Below, in pieces: positions 28,392-38,008 of a stretch of DNA of 64,000 nucleotides. Source of the DNA: a virus; IMG/VR virus record IMGVR_UViG_3300045988_149625. One strand, written 5' to 3'. The notes under the pieces are model-generated. The model was not told where the DNA came from, made no database searches, and saw only the letters and a program-made list of their open reading frames with translations. The number at the start of each line of letters is the position of its first letter. The first letter of the stretch is position 1. The position numbers and the translations under genes were made by a program.

Positions 28392-28737
28392 GCGCAGATG
28401 TTCTGCCCACTTTAAAGAGTGGGCGACAAATGGCAGGAAGATGATTATAAACGGAAAAGAAATGACTGTTTATACAAGTGGTAAATTGGTAGAAGCATTT
28501 GCCAATGTAGGAATACCCAGAACTTATATGTGCTTTCATTTGTGGATTAAAAATGGTTATATGCCAGAGTCCCCAATTAAAACAAAGAATAGGTCATGGT
28601 ACACTAGAGGTATGATTGAGTGTCTTGCAATGACGGCACTCGAATGTGGTATGACAAAGACTACACCTAACATGGAATTTATGAAAGTACGTTGGTTTGA
28701 GGAATTTGATAAAGTAGTTAGAAAGGAGTTAATGTAA
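28342..28737 (+). CDS. hypothetical protein with highly basic N-terminus
   Basis: MPLPRKKGRKRKKFPNKRR... RBS aaaggaag 7 nt before the ATG at 28342. Confidence 0.3.
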   Translation: MPLPRKKGRKRKKFPNKRRCSAHFKEWATNGRKMIINGKEMTVYTSGKLVEAFANVGIPRTYMCFHLWIKNGYMPESPIKTKNRSWYTRGMIECLAMTALECGMTKTTPNMEFMKVRWFEEFDKVVRKELM

Positions 28738-28940
28738 TGGAAAAGGGTGAAACTTTAGTTAGAGTTGTTAAAAGCTTTACAAAAAATTTAGGTAACTATG
28801 AGAGTGCTAGGATTGAGCTTGGCATGGAGAGAATTGTAGAGGACTCTAAAATTGAGTTTACTAAACAACAATTAAGCGCAGAAATTGATGAATTTATCAA
28901 CGCTGAAATTACAGATTTGGTTTCTGATAATGCACATTAA
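28737..28940 (+). CDS. hypothetical small protein
   Basis: 67 aa. ATGG overlap with the upstream gene. Confidence 0.3.
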   Translation: MEKGETLVRVVKSFTKNLGNYESARIELGMERIVEDSKIEFTKQQLSAEIDEFINAEITDLVSDNAH

Positions 28941-29376
28941 TAAAGCAATGAGTGCTGCCCTCTTTGGTAGGGCAGTAGTCACACCGAAAGCAAGTGGCAT
29001 TATTAAATCAGATGTAGATGTTTCTGTCTTTACTCCTACTGATTTTCTGCGTTATTGGAAGGATAAAGCGAAACAGCGTGACATAAAGTATGTCACAGTT
29101 CAATATAAGGATAATGCCATTTTGAAGTCAGTAATGAAGTCCTATACTAATACAGAGGTTAAATTAATGATAGACTATCTTTGGGATAGTGGAGAGCGCA
29201 TTTCTAGTAATGATAAAGAAATCCCCTATACAGATTACGGTATTTACTTACTTTCGTCTGGTTGGGCAAATTCCATTTATAATCGTGCTAACTTTTGGAA
29301 GAAGCACTTTAAGGATAAGGAATTGCGCGGTTGGGAAAATACAAGAGGTGAGAATGTTGCCGAAATTGAGTTCTAG
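28885..29376 (+). CDS. hypothetical protein (start uncertain)
   Basis: 163-aa ORF. An internal start at MHINKAMSAALFGR... is possible. Confidence 0.3.
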   Translation: MMNLSTLKLQIWFLIMHINKAMSAALFGRAVVTPKASGIIKSDVDVSVFTPTDFLRYWKDKAKQRDIKYVTVQYKDNAILKSVMKSYTNTEVKLMIDYLWDSGERISSNDKEIPYTDYGIYLLSSGWANSIYNRANFWKKHFKDKELRGWENTRGENVAEIEF

Positions 29377-29965
29377 GAGAACATTTTTAAGCAGAGAAGC
29401 CTTATCTTTAATGGGCATCCCTATTATGTACCAAGGTCTTTCTTGGAAAGATTATCGGTTTCCCAACGAACAAATGGAACATCTGTTACGTGGTTATACA
29501 ACGCATTGTGATGAAATGTTGCGGGACTGTGTTGGACTTCTTTTTATAGGGCAGAATGGTTGTGGTAAATCATTCGTATCTAGTATTATACTGCAATATT
29601 GTTATTCTTATTACCATACATGCAGAATGACAACTTTTAAAGAACTTATTTCCAAGGCTTTCAGTAAGGATGATTCTTATAACGAGTTTCTTGGGGCAGA
29701 GTTCTTAGTAATTGATGAACTTGGTGCAGAAGTAAGTTTGAAGTCAGATGCTGAAAAGTCGCTCTTAGAGGATATTCTAAAGCAGAGATTTACGAAAGGA
29801 TACCCAACGATTATTTGTAGTAATTTAGATACTGTGCAGTTAAAAGAGCGTTATGGAAATACTTTCTATTCTATGCTTTCAGAATTTGTTAAGGTTAAGC
29901 TTTTAGGTGAGGATGGCAGAAAGCAGGCTTTTCGTAATAAAAAAGCCTTGGAGTTTTTAAAGTAA
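29354..29965 (+). CDS. DnaC/IstB-like AAA+ ATPase (helicase loader)
   Basis: Walker A GQNGCGKSF and Walker B FLVIDELG. RBS aagaggtga before the ATG at 29354. Confidence 0.55.
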   Translation: MLPKLSSRRTFLSREALSLMGIPIMYQGLSWKDYRFPNEQMEHLLRGYTTHCDEMLRDCVGLLFIGQNGCGKSFVSSIILQYCYSYYHTCRMTTFKELISKAFSKDDSYNEFLGAEFLVIDELGAEVSLKSDAEKSLLEDILKQRFTKGYPTIICSNLDTVQLKERYGNTFYSMLSEFVKVKLLGEDGRKQAFRNKKALEFLK

Positions 29966-29977
29966 GGAAGTGATTAT

Positions 29978-30139
29978 ATGATTAAAAAAGATGAGTGCTT
30001 TAATTGCGGAAGCAAAGATGTTACAGGTTTTGCAGGAAAACAAGAATTTCCTTTATGCACAGCTTGCTGGCAAAAGCTTTTGGCTAAAGAATTGACCTTA
30101 GAATCTTTGGAGAATAAGCTAAATGAACAGAAAAGGTGA
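29978..30139 (+). CDS. small zinc-ribbon protein (53 aa), not in the ORF track
   Basis: RBS aaggaag then ATG. MIKKDECFNCGSKDVTGFAGKQEFPLCTACWQKLL... has CxxC...CxxC. Confidence 0.35.
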   Translation: MIKKDECFNCGSKDVTGFAGKQEFPLCTACWQKLLAKELTLESLENKLNEQKR

Positions 30140-30518
30140 ACTTTCTAATAGAGTAGCGGCCATCGTAGCTATCGATTACGATACAATTTTTAGTAAAAAA
30201 CCTTCTTTAAAGGATTTTTTTACGAAAAGTAAGTTACAACGCACCTTTAAGCAGGAATATAGGGATTTAACCCTAAAGTTGTATTCTGCTGGGTTTAGTA
30301 TTTATATTATAAGTAAGGATTTAAAAAAGACAAAATCAGAGCTTGACGACTTGTATTTTGGTAGGTATATATTCTATACAGACTTTATACAGTATGAGAA
30401 TCTTAATGATTTAGCAGTAGATTGTAGGTCACTTTTTAAATATTTTATTTGCGAAACCCCAAAAGGTGCGTTTTTAGATAATGTGTATTCCTTAGAGTCT
30501 TTCAAGGAGTTGTTATAA
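30123..30518 (+). CDS. hypothetical protein
   Basis: 131-aa ORF. Confidence 0.35.
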   Translation: MNRKGELSNRVAAIVAIDYDTIFSKKPSLKDFFTKSKLQRTFKQEYRDLTLKLYSAGFSIYIISKDLKKTKSELDDLYFGRYIFYTDFIQYENLNDLAVDCRSLFKYFICETPKGAFLDNVYSLESFKELL

Positions 30519-31774
30519 TGTCAGTAGAAAATAAGTTAATTTTAAAACTCCTAGAGAGTAAGGATTGGGACGTTGTAGTTGATAAAGGTATTACACAGAA
30601 CTACTTTACAGGCTCTAACAAACGTGCCTTTAAGTGGATAAGTAACTTCAAACTTAACTATGGTACATTACCAGACCTAGATACTTTTAAGAAACACTTC
30701 CCTGAAGTAAATCTTCTAGTAGATGCTAGAGAATGTACTGCTTACTATTGCGACGAGGTTCGTAAGAAGATTAGGCAGAATAAGTTGGTGTCTGTACTAG
30801 AGGGGGCTGCGGATAAAATAAATGCAGGTAATGTAGATTCTGTCTATACAGATTTAACGAAGTTACTCATGGAAGTCAACACAGAGTTCACTTTTGCCGA
30901 GAAAGTGGATATTGGTAGACAGACTGAGGAACGCTTTAAAGAGTACGAGCTTAATAAGATAACAGGCGGTATGACAGGTATTCCATTAGGTATTTTACCA
31001 ATAGATAAGCAAACTGGCGGTGTAAAGGATATGGACTTGTACACTTTCCTCGGAAAATCTGGTTCTGGCAAGAGTTGGATGCTTTGTATTTTAGCTGCCA
31101 ATCTTATTAAGGCAGGGTATAAAGTAATGCTACTTACTAAAGAAATGTCCCCTAAACAGCTCTTAAAGCGTATGGATGCTATCATGGCGTGTGTTAGTTA
31201 TAATGCTTTGAAGAATGGTAAATTACCTGCAAATGAAGAAGCACAGTACAAAACATACTTAGAACAATACGCTCCTAAATACAAGGACAAACTTAGTATT
31301 GAGCTTGTTACAAATGGTGTTGATGAAGCTATCAGTAAAATAGATAACTTTCAACCAGACATTGCTTTGGTAGATGGCGGTTATCTGTTGAGTGAGGGCG
31401 CAGACCCAGAAGATTGGAAAGCAGTTATTGGTGTATGGAAAGCTTTCAAAGTATTTGCTTTAAGCAGAAAAATACCAGTCATTCTTACATCACAATTAAC
31501 TGATAAGAATACTGTTGCATACTCAACTGGTTTAAAGCAATATTGTGACGGTATTTGGGCTATGAAGCAGGACGATGTACAAAGGGCAGCCAAAGAGATT
31601 CAAATAGAGAACATTAAGATTCGTGACGGTGAACATTTATTACCCTTTACAATGTCTTGGGACTTTTCAAGCTCACCAATGAATTATGAAGTAGTGCATC
31701 AAGCATATAACTCTGAAACAAATAAAGGCTTTTTAGTGAAAGATGAGCCAATAAGCTTAAAGAAGGTAGAATAG
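30518..31774 (+). CDS. DnaB-like replicative DNA helicase
   Basis: Walker A FLGKSGSGKSWML in a DnaB-C-like RecA fold. 418 aa. Confidence 0.65.
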   Translation: MSVENKLILKLLESKDWDVVVDKGITQNYFTGSNKRAFKWISNFKLNYGTLPDLDTFKKHFPEVNLLVDARECTAYYCDEVRKKIRQNKLVSVLEGAADKINAGNVDSVYTDLTKLLMEVNTEFTFAEKVDIGRQTEERFKEYELNKITGGMTGIPLGILPIDKQTGGVKDMDLYTFLGKSGSGKSWMLCILAANLIKAGYKVMLLTKEMSPKQLLKRMDAIMACVSYNALKNGKLPANEEAQYKTYLEQYAPKYKDKLSIELVTNGVDEAISKIDNFQPDIALVDGGYLLSEGADPEDWKAVIGVWKAFKVFALSRKIPVILTSQLTDKNTVAYSTGLKQYCDGIWAMKQDDVQRAAKEIQIENIKIRDGEHLLPFTMSWDFSSSPMNYEVVHQAYNSETNKGFLVKDEPISLKKVE

Positions 31775-31945
31775 ATGAATTGTGATAAATGTAAATATTC
31801 TCAAAAGTTTAATGGTATGTGTATGTGCCATAAGTTTAAAAAGATAGTCGCTAATGAAACAGGTGACAAACCTTGTTTTGAACCTAGAAATTCTGGTGAG
31901 TTTTTAAAAGATTTTTTTAATTTAGTAGGTGGGTATTGACACGCT
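31775..31945 (+). CDS. small Cys-rich protein (56 aa), not in the ORF track
   Basis: MNCDKCKYSQKFNGMCMCHKF...KPCFEP. RBS aagaagg. Start overlaps the DnaB stop. Confidence 0.3.
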
Positions 31946-31964
31946 TATAAAAGTGTGTTATAAT
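31936..31964 (+). promoter_or_regulatory. sigma-70-like promoter
   Basis: ttgaca at 31936-31941 and tgttataat ending at 31964. Confidence 0.45.
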
Positions 31965-31985
31965 AGATACATGAGGTGTTAAGAA

Positions 31986-32960
31986 ATGTTAGCAGACGAA
32001 ATGGTTTCTTTGTGTAGAGAGCTAGGTTTGGAAAAAATCAAAGTACGTGGAGATAATGTTACGTTTTGTTGTCCTTCACATGGCGAGAATAATCCTTCCT
32101 GTGGAATCTCTATTACAAAAGAAATTGGAGGTTGTTTTGCTTGTGGATGGCACTTCAATTTAATTCAGTTAGTAGCTTTTTGTAAGCAGATTCAAGAATG
32201 GGAAGCTATTGAATATCTCAACAGTTATTTTAATCGCGATTTTCGTAAAGTTGATTGTGCAGGGAAGTTCCCACTTTATAGTGAGGATAAGGCAAGCGTT
32301 TCAAGCTTTCTTCCGCACACAGCACTTGCCCCTTTTCGGAGCGGCGAAATTTCGCACCCATACTTGATAAAGCGTGGTTTTAGTGAGCAAGATTTTATAA
32401 ATTTTAAGTTAGGGTGGGATAGTAATTTAAAACGTATTACAATTCCTTTCTACGATACTAAGGGGAATTTACTAGGTTTTAGCGGTAGAGCGGTTCTAAA
32501 TGAATCTAATCCGAATTATGGAGTTGTTTATGGTAATTCCCCTAAGTATCTAATTTATAATAATTTTAAAGCTAAAGACACGTTGTTTCCCCTAAATCTA
32601 TATAAAAAGTCAGACACGCTTATTTTAGTTGAGGGCTTGTTAGATGCCTTGTGGCTGCATAAAATGCAGTTTACTAATACGCTTTCCGTTATAAGCGCGC
32701 AGATAAGTAGGGCGCAGCTAGAGATTTTAAAATCACTAGACGTTAAAACAATTATTCTTTGTCTTGACAATGATAAGTATGGGGAAGCAGGTTGTAAAAA
32801 GCTATATGACAATTTAAAAGGCAATTTTGTATTTAAGAAAGTGATTTTTCCAGAAGGTAAAAAAGACGTTCAAGAATGTACAAAAGAAGAATTAGATTTC
32901 ATGTTTAAGAATTTGATTAATTATCCAGTGAGAAATTTTAAGTTTTATGAAGGAGAATGA
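31986..32960 (+). CDS. DNA primase (zinc-binding CHC2 + TOPRIM, DnaG-like)
   Basis: CCPSHGENNPSCGI...CFACGWH forms the Zn finger. ILVEGLLDALWL...ILCLDNDKYGEAG is the TOPRIM motif. Confidence 0.65.
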   Translation: MLADEMVSLCRELGLEKIKVRGDNVTFCCPSHGENNPSCGISITKEIGGCFACGWHFNLIQLVAFCKQIQEWEAIEYLNSYFNRDFRKVDCAGKFPLYSEDKASVSSFLPHTALAPFRSGEISHPYLIKRGFSEQDFINFKLGWDSNLKRITIPFYDTKGNLLGFSGRAVLNESNPNYGVVYGNSPKYLIYNNFKAKDTLFPLNLYKKSDTLILVEGLLDALWLHKMQFTNTLSVISAQISRAQLEILKSLDVKTIILCLDNDKYGEAGCKKLYDNLKGNFVFKKVIFPEGKKDVQECTKEELDFMFKNLINYPVRNFKFYEGE

Positions 32961-33709
32961 TAATAATGAAAATGGGATTTTTTAACAGAGGTATTGAAGC
33001 AACACAAAAATTGGCAGATGCACATAAAGCATCTTTTTCAAGTAATGGTATTTATGATTTCTATGTAAAAGACGGACAAGAAGCACTCATGCGTTTCTTA
33101 ACAGATGAACCTGTTTCTTTTATGGCACATAATATTAAGGTAGGCAAAGCACCAAGAACCTTTGTTTGTACTGGTGACGCAGATTGCCAAGGTTGTAAAC
33201 AAGCAGATAGTTTCGACCCGACTAAACCGAACAAGCCTGTTGTACGTGCAGCATATCTTGTATTGGATGGCACTGTTACTGAAAAGGATGAAATGCAGGA
33301 CGGAAAGCCTACTGGCAAAAAGGTACAATACACTGACCAGATTAAGGTAATGGTACGTGGTACAAGTGATATTGCAGCTATTGAGCGTTGTAAAGAGAAA
33401 TACGGCTTGCTGGGACGTGCTTATTATGTAAGTAAAAATGGTAAAAAGAATCCTTATGCTTTTGACCGTGCAGATGGTTGCCCACATGGTAAAGATGAAG
33501 AGTTTTGGGGACAGCATGAACTTTCTGCTGAGGCTATTGAAAAGCTTATTGAGAAGCTTCCAGAAAAGTACAGAGATTTGGCGCGTCAAGAAGGTGGCTT
33601 CTATAATGTAATTGAAGCACTGTTTACACCTTATGGTGTTTCTAGTGATTCTGAGGAAATTCCCTTTGCTACGTCAGTAGAAGAACCACAGAGCTTGAAT
33701 AGAATGTAA
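32957..33709 (+). CDS. hypothetical protein, possible ssDNA-binding protein (acidic ...EEIPF... near C-terminus)
   Basis: C-terminal SSDSEEIPF resembles the SSB acidic tail motif. Weak evidence. Confidence 0.3.
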   Translation: MIIMKMGFFNRGIEATQKLADAHKASFSSNGIYDFYVKDGQEALMRFLTDEPVSFMAHNIKVGKAPRTFVCTGDADCQGCKQADSFDPTKPNKPVVRAAYLVLDGTVTEKDEMQDGKPTGKKVQYTDQIKVMVRGTSDIAAIERCKEKYGLLGRAYYVSKNGKKNPYAFDRADGCPHGKDEEFWGQHELSAEAIEKLIEKLPEKYRDLARQEGGFYNVIEALFTPYGVSSDSEEIPFATSVEEPQSLNRM

Positions 33710-33759
33710 TTTATTAGGGAGGGGGCATTAGCTCCCTTTCTTTTTAAGGAGATATAAAC

Positions 33760-34065
33760 ATGAGAGTAAACGGTGAAATATTTGCAAGGCATATCGCAAG
33801 GGTTAATAATGTTTCTATCAAAGAAGGTTGGCGTATCTATAAAGCTTTTATGACAGCTTTTTCAGAAACAGTGTCTGAGGGCTGCGACACTTTTGACTTT
33901 ATAAACTATTTTAGAATCGAGTTTAAAGCTTATAAGGCTAAGGGAATGGATTTAGTTCGCCAAGAAACTGTTGAAAGGCAGATTGTGCGTGGAAAGGTAA
34001 AGCCATATTCTAAATTACGTAAGCGCATTTTGGAGGCACAAAATGTATCACCAAAAGTATTTTAA
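33760..34065 (+). CDS. HU/IHF-like DNA-binding protein (putative)
   Basis: ~100 aa with a basic arm (...RQIVRGKVKPYSKLRKR...). Pattern similarity to HU only. Confidence 0.35.
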   Translation: MRVNGEIFARHIARVNNVSIKEGWRIYKAFMTAFSETVSEGCDTFDFINYFRIEFKAYKAKGMDLVRQETVERQIVRGKVKPYSKLRKRILEAQNVSPKVF

Positions 34066-35803
34066 ATTACATATTGTTCAAGAAGATACCTTAAATGACT
34101 TTTTAAATCTTTTTAAAAAAGCAAAGCAAGTCTTTTGGGACACTGAAACATCTGGGTTAAATGTACGTGCTGTAGGTAAAGATTATACAGTAGGCTTTAC
34201 GTATGCTTTTGATGATACTACATCTAAAGACGTTTTTTACGTTCCTGTAAGACATGTGTTCGAGGGAAAATATGAGGATAATGGCAGATTCTCTTTCTTG
34301 AAGAAATCACAGCTTGAAAAGTTTCCAGATTTTTGCCCAGAAAAATTTGAAGGAACTTATTATAATGTAGATTCTTTTAAGTTTGCAGCAGAGCTTAAAA
34401 CTATTATGGAGCGTGGCGGTAAAGAGTATATCGCACATAATCAAGATTATGATTTACATTTACTAGCTAATGAAGGAATTGATATTTATAAAGTCTTTGA
34501 CGTAAACACTTTTCAAGATACACAAATAATGGTGCATACACTAGATGAGAATGTAGAAAAGAATCTTGAAAGTGTTACTAAGATGATTTTTAAAGTTGAA
34601 AAGTCGCATTATAGTGATACCATTAAAACTGTTACTAAAGAAGAAAAGCTTTCACAGGGTTTAAAGGCTACTAATAATGCAAGCTTTCAGCATGTTCAAA
34701 TTCCAATAGGTGCACAGTATTCAGCAGAGGACGTTTGGTTTATGAAGCAAATGTATCCAATGCTTGAAAAAGGTTTAAAAGAAGATGATTCTTATGACAT
34801 ATATCTTAAATGCCGTATGCCTTTTATGAAAGCCCTTTGGAAAATGGAAAGAAAAGGTGTAAGTGTAGATATTGCTGCCCTGGATAAGATGCAGGAACTT
34901 GCGGAGAAAGAATTAGAAAACTCTAAATATAAAATGTTTTCTTTGGCAGGAGTGGAGTTCAATCCCGATAGTGGACAACATCTTTATGAAATCCTTTTTG
35001 GCTTTAAAAAGAAAGTTATGAGGCTTACTCCAAGCGCACAAAATGCTTTTGAAATGGAAAGTGCTGGATACACTACGACTGAAAAAACTAAGCTTAAAAA
35101 CTTGTATATGAATGAGCCGTCACATGTAATGTTCGTAGAATCTTGCAATAATAATTTAGTAGATGTAAACTTTGGCTTTAAACCAATAGAGTTTACAACA
35201 GGCGGTAAGTATGGCTATGAAGAGTTACAAACGCCGAAAACAGGTGGAGATATTTTAAAAGCATTGTTAAAGCAGAAAAATGTTGATGCAAAAGCGCATG
35301 ATTTTATTACAGAGCTTGTAACTTATAAAAAACTCTCTAAACTTATTAGTGCATTTATGATAGGGTTAAGAGAGAATATTTATAGTGATGGCAAAGTGCA
35401 TTGTAGCTTGAATTTAACAGGAACAGATTCGTGGCGAATTAGTAGTCAGATGCCGAATCTCCAGCAGCTACCGCACCCACTAGAAGAGCCGAAAGCGGGG
35501 GAAGATAGAACCTACTTTGATTTTTGGGAACGGTTTGAAATAAGAAAACTGTTTATAGCCGATGAAGGTTATAGTGTAATAGCTTGCGACTATCATGCTT
35601 TGGAGAAATACTTAACGGCGCATTTGTCACAAGATAAGATGCTTTTAAAGATGTTGAGGGAGAATTTAGACCCGCACGGTACAGTTGCAACTATCGTTTT
35701 TCCAGAACTTGCAAACATGAATCCAAATGACGTAAAGAAGCGTGAGCCTGCTAAAAGGCAAATTGCAAAAAAAATAGGCTTCGCTAAAGGTATGGTGAAG
35801 TAA
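34043..35803 (+). CDS. DNA polymerase I (family A), exon 1: 3'-5' exonuclease plus N-terminal polymerase domain through motif A and start of motif B
   Basis: Exo I VFWDTETSGL. Motif A CDYHALEKYLTAHLSQDKML (DYSQIELR-like). Start of motif B REPAKRQIAK... Frame closes at 35803 inside motif B. Confidence 0.75.
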   Translation: MYHQKYFKLHIVQEDTLNDFLNLFKKAKQVFWDTETSGLNVRAVGKDYTVGFTYAFDDTTSKDVFYVPVRHVFEGKYEDNGRFSFLKKSQLEKFPDFCPEKFEGTYYNVDSFKFAAELKTIMERGGKEYIAHNQDYDLHLLANEGIDIYKVFDVNTFQDTQIMVHTLDENVEKNLESVTKMIFKVEKSHYSDTIKTVTKEEKLSQGLKATNNASFQHVQIPIGAQYSAEDVWFMKQMYPMLEKGLKEDDSYDIYLKCRMPFMKALWKMERKGVSVDIAALDKMQELAEKELENSKYKMFSLAGVEFNPDSGQHLYEILFGFKKKVMRLTPSAQNAFEMESAGYTTTEKTKLKNLYMNEPSHVMFVESCNNNLVDVNFGFKPIEFTTGGKYGYEELQTPKTGGDILKALLKQKNVDAKAHDFITELVTYKKLSKLISAFMIGLRENIYSDGKVHCSLNLTGTDSWRISSQMPNLQQLPHPLEEPKAGEDRTYFDFWERFEIRKLFIADEGYSVIACDYHALEKYLTAHLSQDKMLLKMLRENLDPHGTVATIVFPELANMNPNDVKKREPAKRQIAKKIGFAKGMVK

Positions 35804-36199
35804 AATTCCTCTCATAACGGTGAAAGCCATTAAGATTGCCATAACTTAATGGTCAACGCCGTGCCGAACTTCTTTGTAAAAAGACGGTGTAACGACTTAT
35901 AATGTATCGCTATACTTTAAGTATAAATCTTACGAATACATTTAATGGGGAACATGAACTATGTAAGAAGTGCCATCAAAAAGAGCATCATGCAGTTACC
36001 TATTTACTTTGTGATTGCGATGGCAATGTATTACATACGTTGATTAGTAAAAAGAGTGTGTTAAAGTTTTTAAATAGCCTTGGTTACTTTCCTAAAGATA
36101 CAAGTGGTATTAGAGGGGTTATTAGAAATAAAACTAAAATATATGGTTTTTACTGGCAGCGAGTTCTAAAGGCATAGTCTGACACCAGTAGTAATACTG
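35804..36199 (+). mobile_element. group I intron (IA-like) interrupting DNA polymerase motif B; boundaries approximate
   Basis: R-like element gtgtaacgactt (35887-35898) and S-like element aaggcatagtctgaca (~36170-36185, AUAGUC) bracket an HNH-like ORF. The downstream exon frame encodes ILDNGLVDYGGTS (motif B NFGxxYG) upstream of any start codon, so an RNA-level join is needed. Confidence 0.5.
35902..36177 (+). CDS. intron-encoded HNH/AP2-like homing endonuclease (putative)
   Basis: 91 aa. CKKCHQKEHH...CDCDGN (Cys/His zinc-finger/HNH-like) and SGIRGV...KIYGFYW (AP2-like). Sits inside the pol intervening sequence. Confidence 0.4.
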   Translation: MYRYTLSINLTNTFNGEHELCKKCHQKEHHAVTYLLCDCDGNVLHTLISKKSVLKFLNSLGYFPKDTSGIRGVIRNKTKIYGFYWQRVLKA

Positions 36200-36724
36200 G
36201 ACAACGGACTGGTAGATTATGGCGGCACTTCTGTTGCGGTAAGTAAGAATTTGGATGTAGACCAAAAGACAGCACAGAAATACATTGACCGTTATTTTGA
36301 AGGTTTCTATGGTTTGCATACTTATGATAAAGCTGTAATACGTTTTGCACAGTCAAATGGGTTTGTAAAGACGCTTGGTGGACATAAAAGGCATTTATGG
36401 GATATTAACAGCAGTGATAAGAAAGTATCTTCTTACTTAGAGCGTGTTGCAGTAAATGTAATGAGCCAGGGTGCAGGTGGGGACGTAGCAATGTTTGCTA
36501 CATTAGATGTTGACCGCGACCCAGTGCTTAAAGCAATAGGTGCATACTTATTTTTAAATGTACACGATGAGTTAGGCTTAATGTGTCCAACTAAATACGT
36601 GGAGCTTGGAATGGAGCGTTTACAATATCATATGGAACATTGTTTACAGAACCGTGGAATTAATCTGACAATTCCTTTGGAGGCAGTCCCAGATTATGGG
36701 CATAGCTATTATGATGCAAAATAA
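36200..36724 (+). CDS. DNA polymerase I (family A), exon 2: rest of motif B through motif C
   Basis: ...DNGLVDYGGTSVAVSKNLDVDQKTAQKYIDRYF (compare E. coli [17 protein letters not shown]...EAQKYIDLYF). Motif C VHDELGL. The 5' boundary is a guess. Confidence 0.6.
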   Translation, partial: DNGLVDYGGTSVAVSKNLDVDQKTAQKYIDRYFEGFYGLHTYDKAVIRFAQSNGFVKTLGGHKRHLWDINSSDKKVSSYLERVAVNVMSQGAGGDVAMFATLDVDRDPVLKAIGAYLFLNVHDELGLMCPTKYVELGMERLQYHMEHCLQNRGINLTIPLEAVPDYGHSYYDAK

Positions 36725-36736
36725 GAGGTGAAAATA

Positions 36737-37798
36737 GTGGTAGAAATTGATAAATTAGTTAAAGATATTAATAAGAAGTTTGGTACAAATGCAATAAGAT
36801 TGGGACGAAATATTAGAGAGGATATGAATTTTAAAATCCCCTTAGGCAGTGTTGGTTTAAATGACGCATTGGGCGGTGGACTTCCGAGTGGGCGTTATAT
36901 CACACTTGCAGGGCAGGAAAGCAGCGGTAAAAGCTTACTTGCTTATAAAGCTATTGCTGCTGTGCAGAATCTGCGCAAAAAATTGGTTGGGGAAGGTGCA
37001 GATGCCTATGAGGTTGTTGCAGATGATGGTGACACTCCTTTAACCGCAGCACTTATTCAGCTTGAATGTGGTAGTTATTCCCCAGATTGGGGCGAAGTCC
37101 ACGGTATTGACAATGATAGATTAATATTTGTACAGCCAGAGGGTATGGAACAGGCTTTAGACCTTGCCTGTGCTCTCCAACGTGCTGGGGTTGAATTTAT
37201 TGTCATTGATAGTATTGCAGCAATGCTGCCTACTAAAGAGATTGAAACAGACCAAGAGGACACTGTACAAATGGGACTTAGGGCAAAGGCTTTAAATGTT
37301 TTTCATGGCAAGTTTCAAAGTATTAACAACTCCTTAGAAAGAAATGGTAAATTGCCTACTACTTTATTGGCAATTAATCAGTTACGTGAAAAGATTGGTG
37401 CTTATGGTAATCCATTGTACGCACCTGGGGGTAGTAGCCAAAAATTCACCAATGCTATTGAAATTCGTACACGTGTAGGTGATATTATTCGTGAGGGTAC
37501 TGGCGTAAACGCTAGAACCGTGGGAAGGATTATTAAGTGGAAGATTGAGAAAAATAAAACAGGTAAGGCTTTTAGTGACGGAGAATATGACCTTTATGTA
37601 GATGATGCACTACTTCCAAGAGGAAGCATTGATACAGGCAAAGAGTTGGTTATTCTTGCAATGTCTAAAGGCTTGATTGAGCGCCGTGGTGGTTGGTTCT
37701 ATTATAATGGTGAGCAGCTGGGGCAAGGACAGGACAATGTAGTTGCTAAATTAAGAGAGAACCAAGAACTGTTCATGGAGATTGTTGAGAAGTTATAG
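36737..37798 (+). CDS. RecA-like recombinase
   Basis: ALGGGLPSGRYITLAGQESSGKSLLA is the RecA P-loop context. GTG at 36737 with RBS AAGAGGTG; the ORF track uses GTG at 36728. Confidence 0.65.
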   Translation: MVEIDKLVKDINKKFGTNAIRLGRNIREDMNFKIPLGSVGLNDALGGGLPSGRYITLAGQESSGKSLLAYKAIAAVQNLRKKLVGEGADAYEVVADDGDTPLTAALIQLECGSYSPDWGEVHGIDNDRLIFVQPEGMEQALDLACALQRAGVEFIVIDSIAAMLPTKEIETDQEDTVQMGLRAKALNVFHGKFQSINNSLERNGKLPTTLLAINQLREKIGAYGNPLYAPGGSSQKFTNAIEIRTRVGDIIREGTGVNARTVGRIIKWKIEKNKTGKAFSDGEYDLYVDDALLPRGSIDTGKELVILAMSKGLIERRGGWFYYNGEQLGQGQDNVVAKLRENQELFMEIVEKL

Positions 37799-37801
37799 GA
37801 G

Positions 37802-38008
37802 TTGATTAATATTTTTAAGAGGGGATATACTAAAGAATTGGCACAAAGAATAAAAAAGGGTGCTAAATTTATCGCAAGGTGTGAAAGTTGTAAATATTAT
37901 GATGAGTTTAAGAGCTGTACAAATTGTAATGTTACAGAGTTTGACCTTGTTACTGAGGGTGACAGACATTTCTGTCTTTTATGGAGTCCCGAAGATGGTA
38001 CAAACTGA
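37802..38008 (+). CDS. small Cys-rich (zinc-ribbon-like) protein
   Basis: CESCKYYDEFKSCTNCN...HFC. Confidence 0.3.
   Translation: MINIFKRGYTKELAQRIKKGAKFIARCESCKYYDEFKSCTNCNVTEFDLVTEGDRHFCLLWSPEDGTN

Noticed and set aside
33098-33589. 163-aa minus-strand ORF
   Set aside because: It is antisense to the 32957-33709 gene. It has no RBS and a low-complexity hydrophobic sequence.
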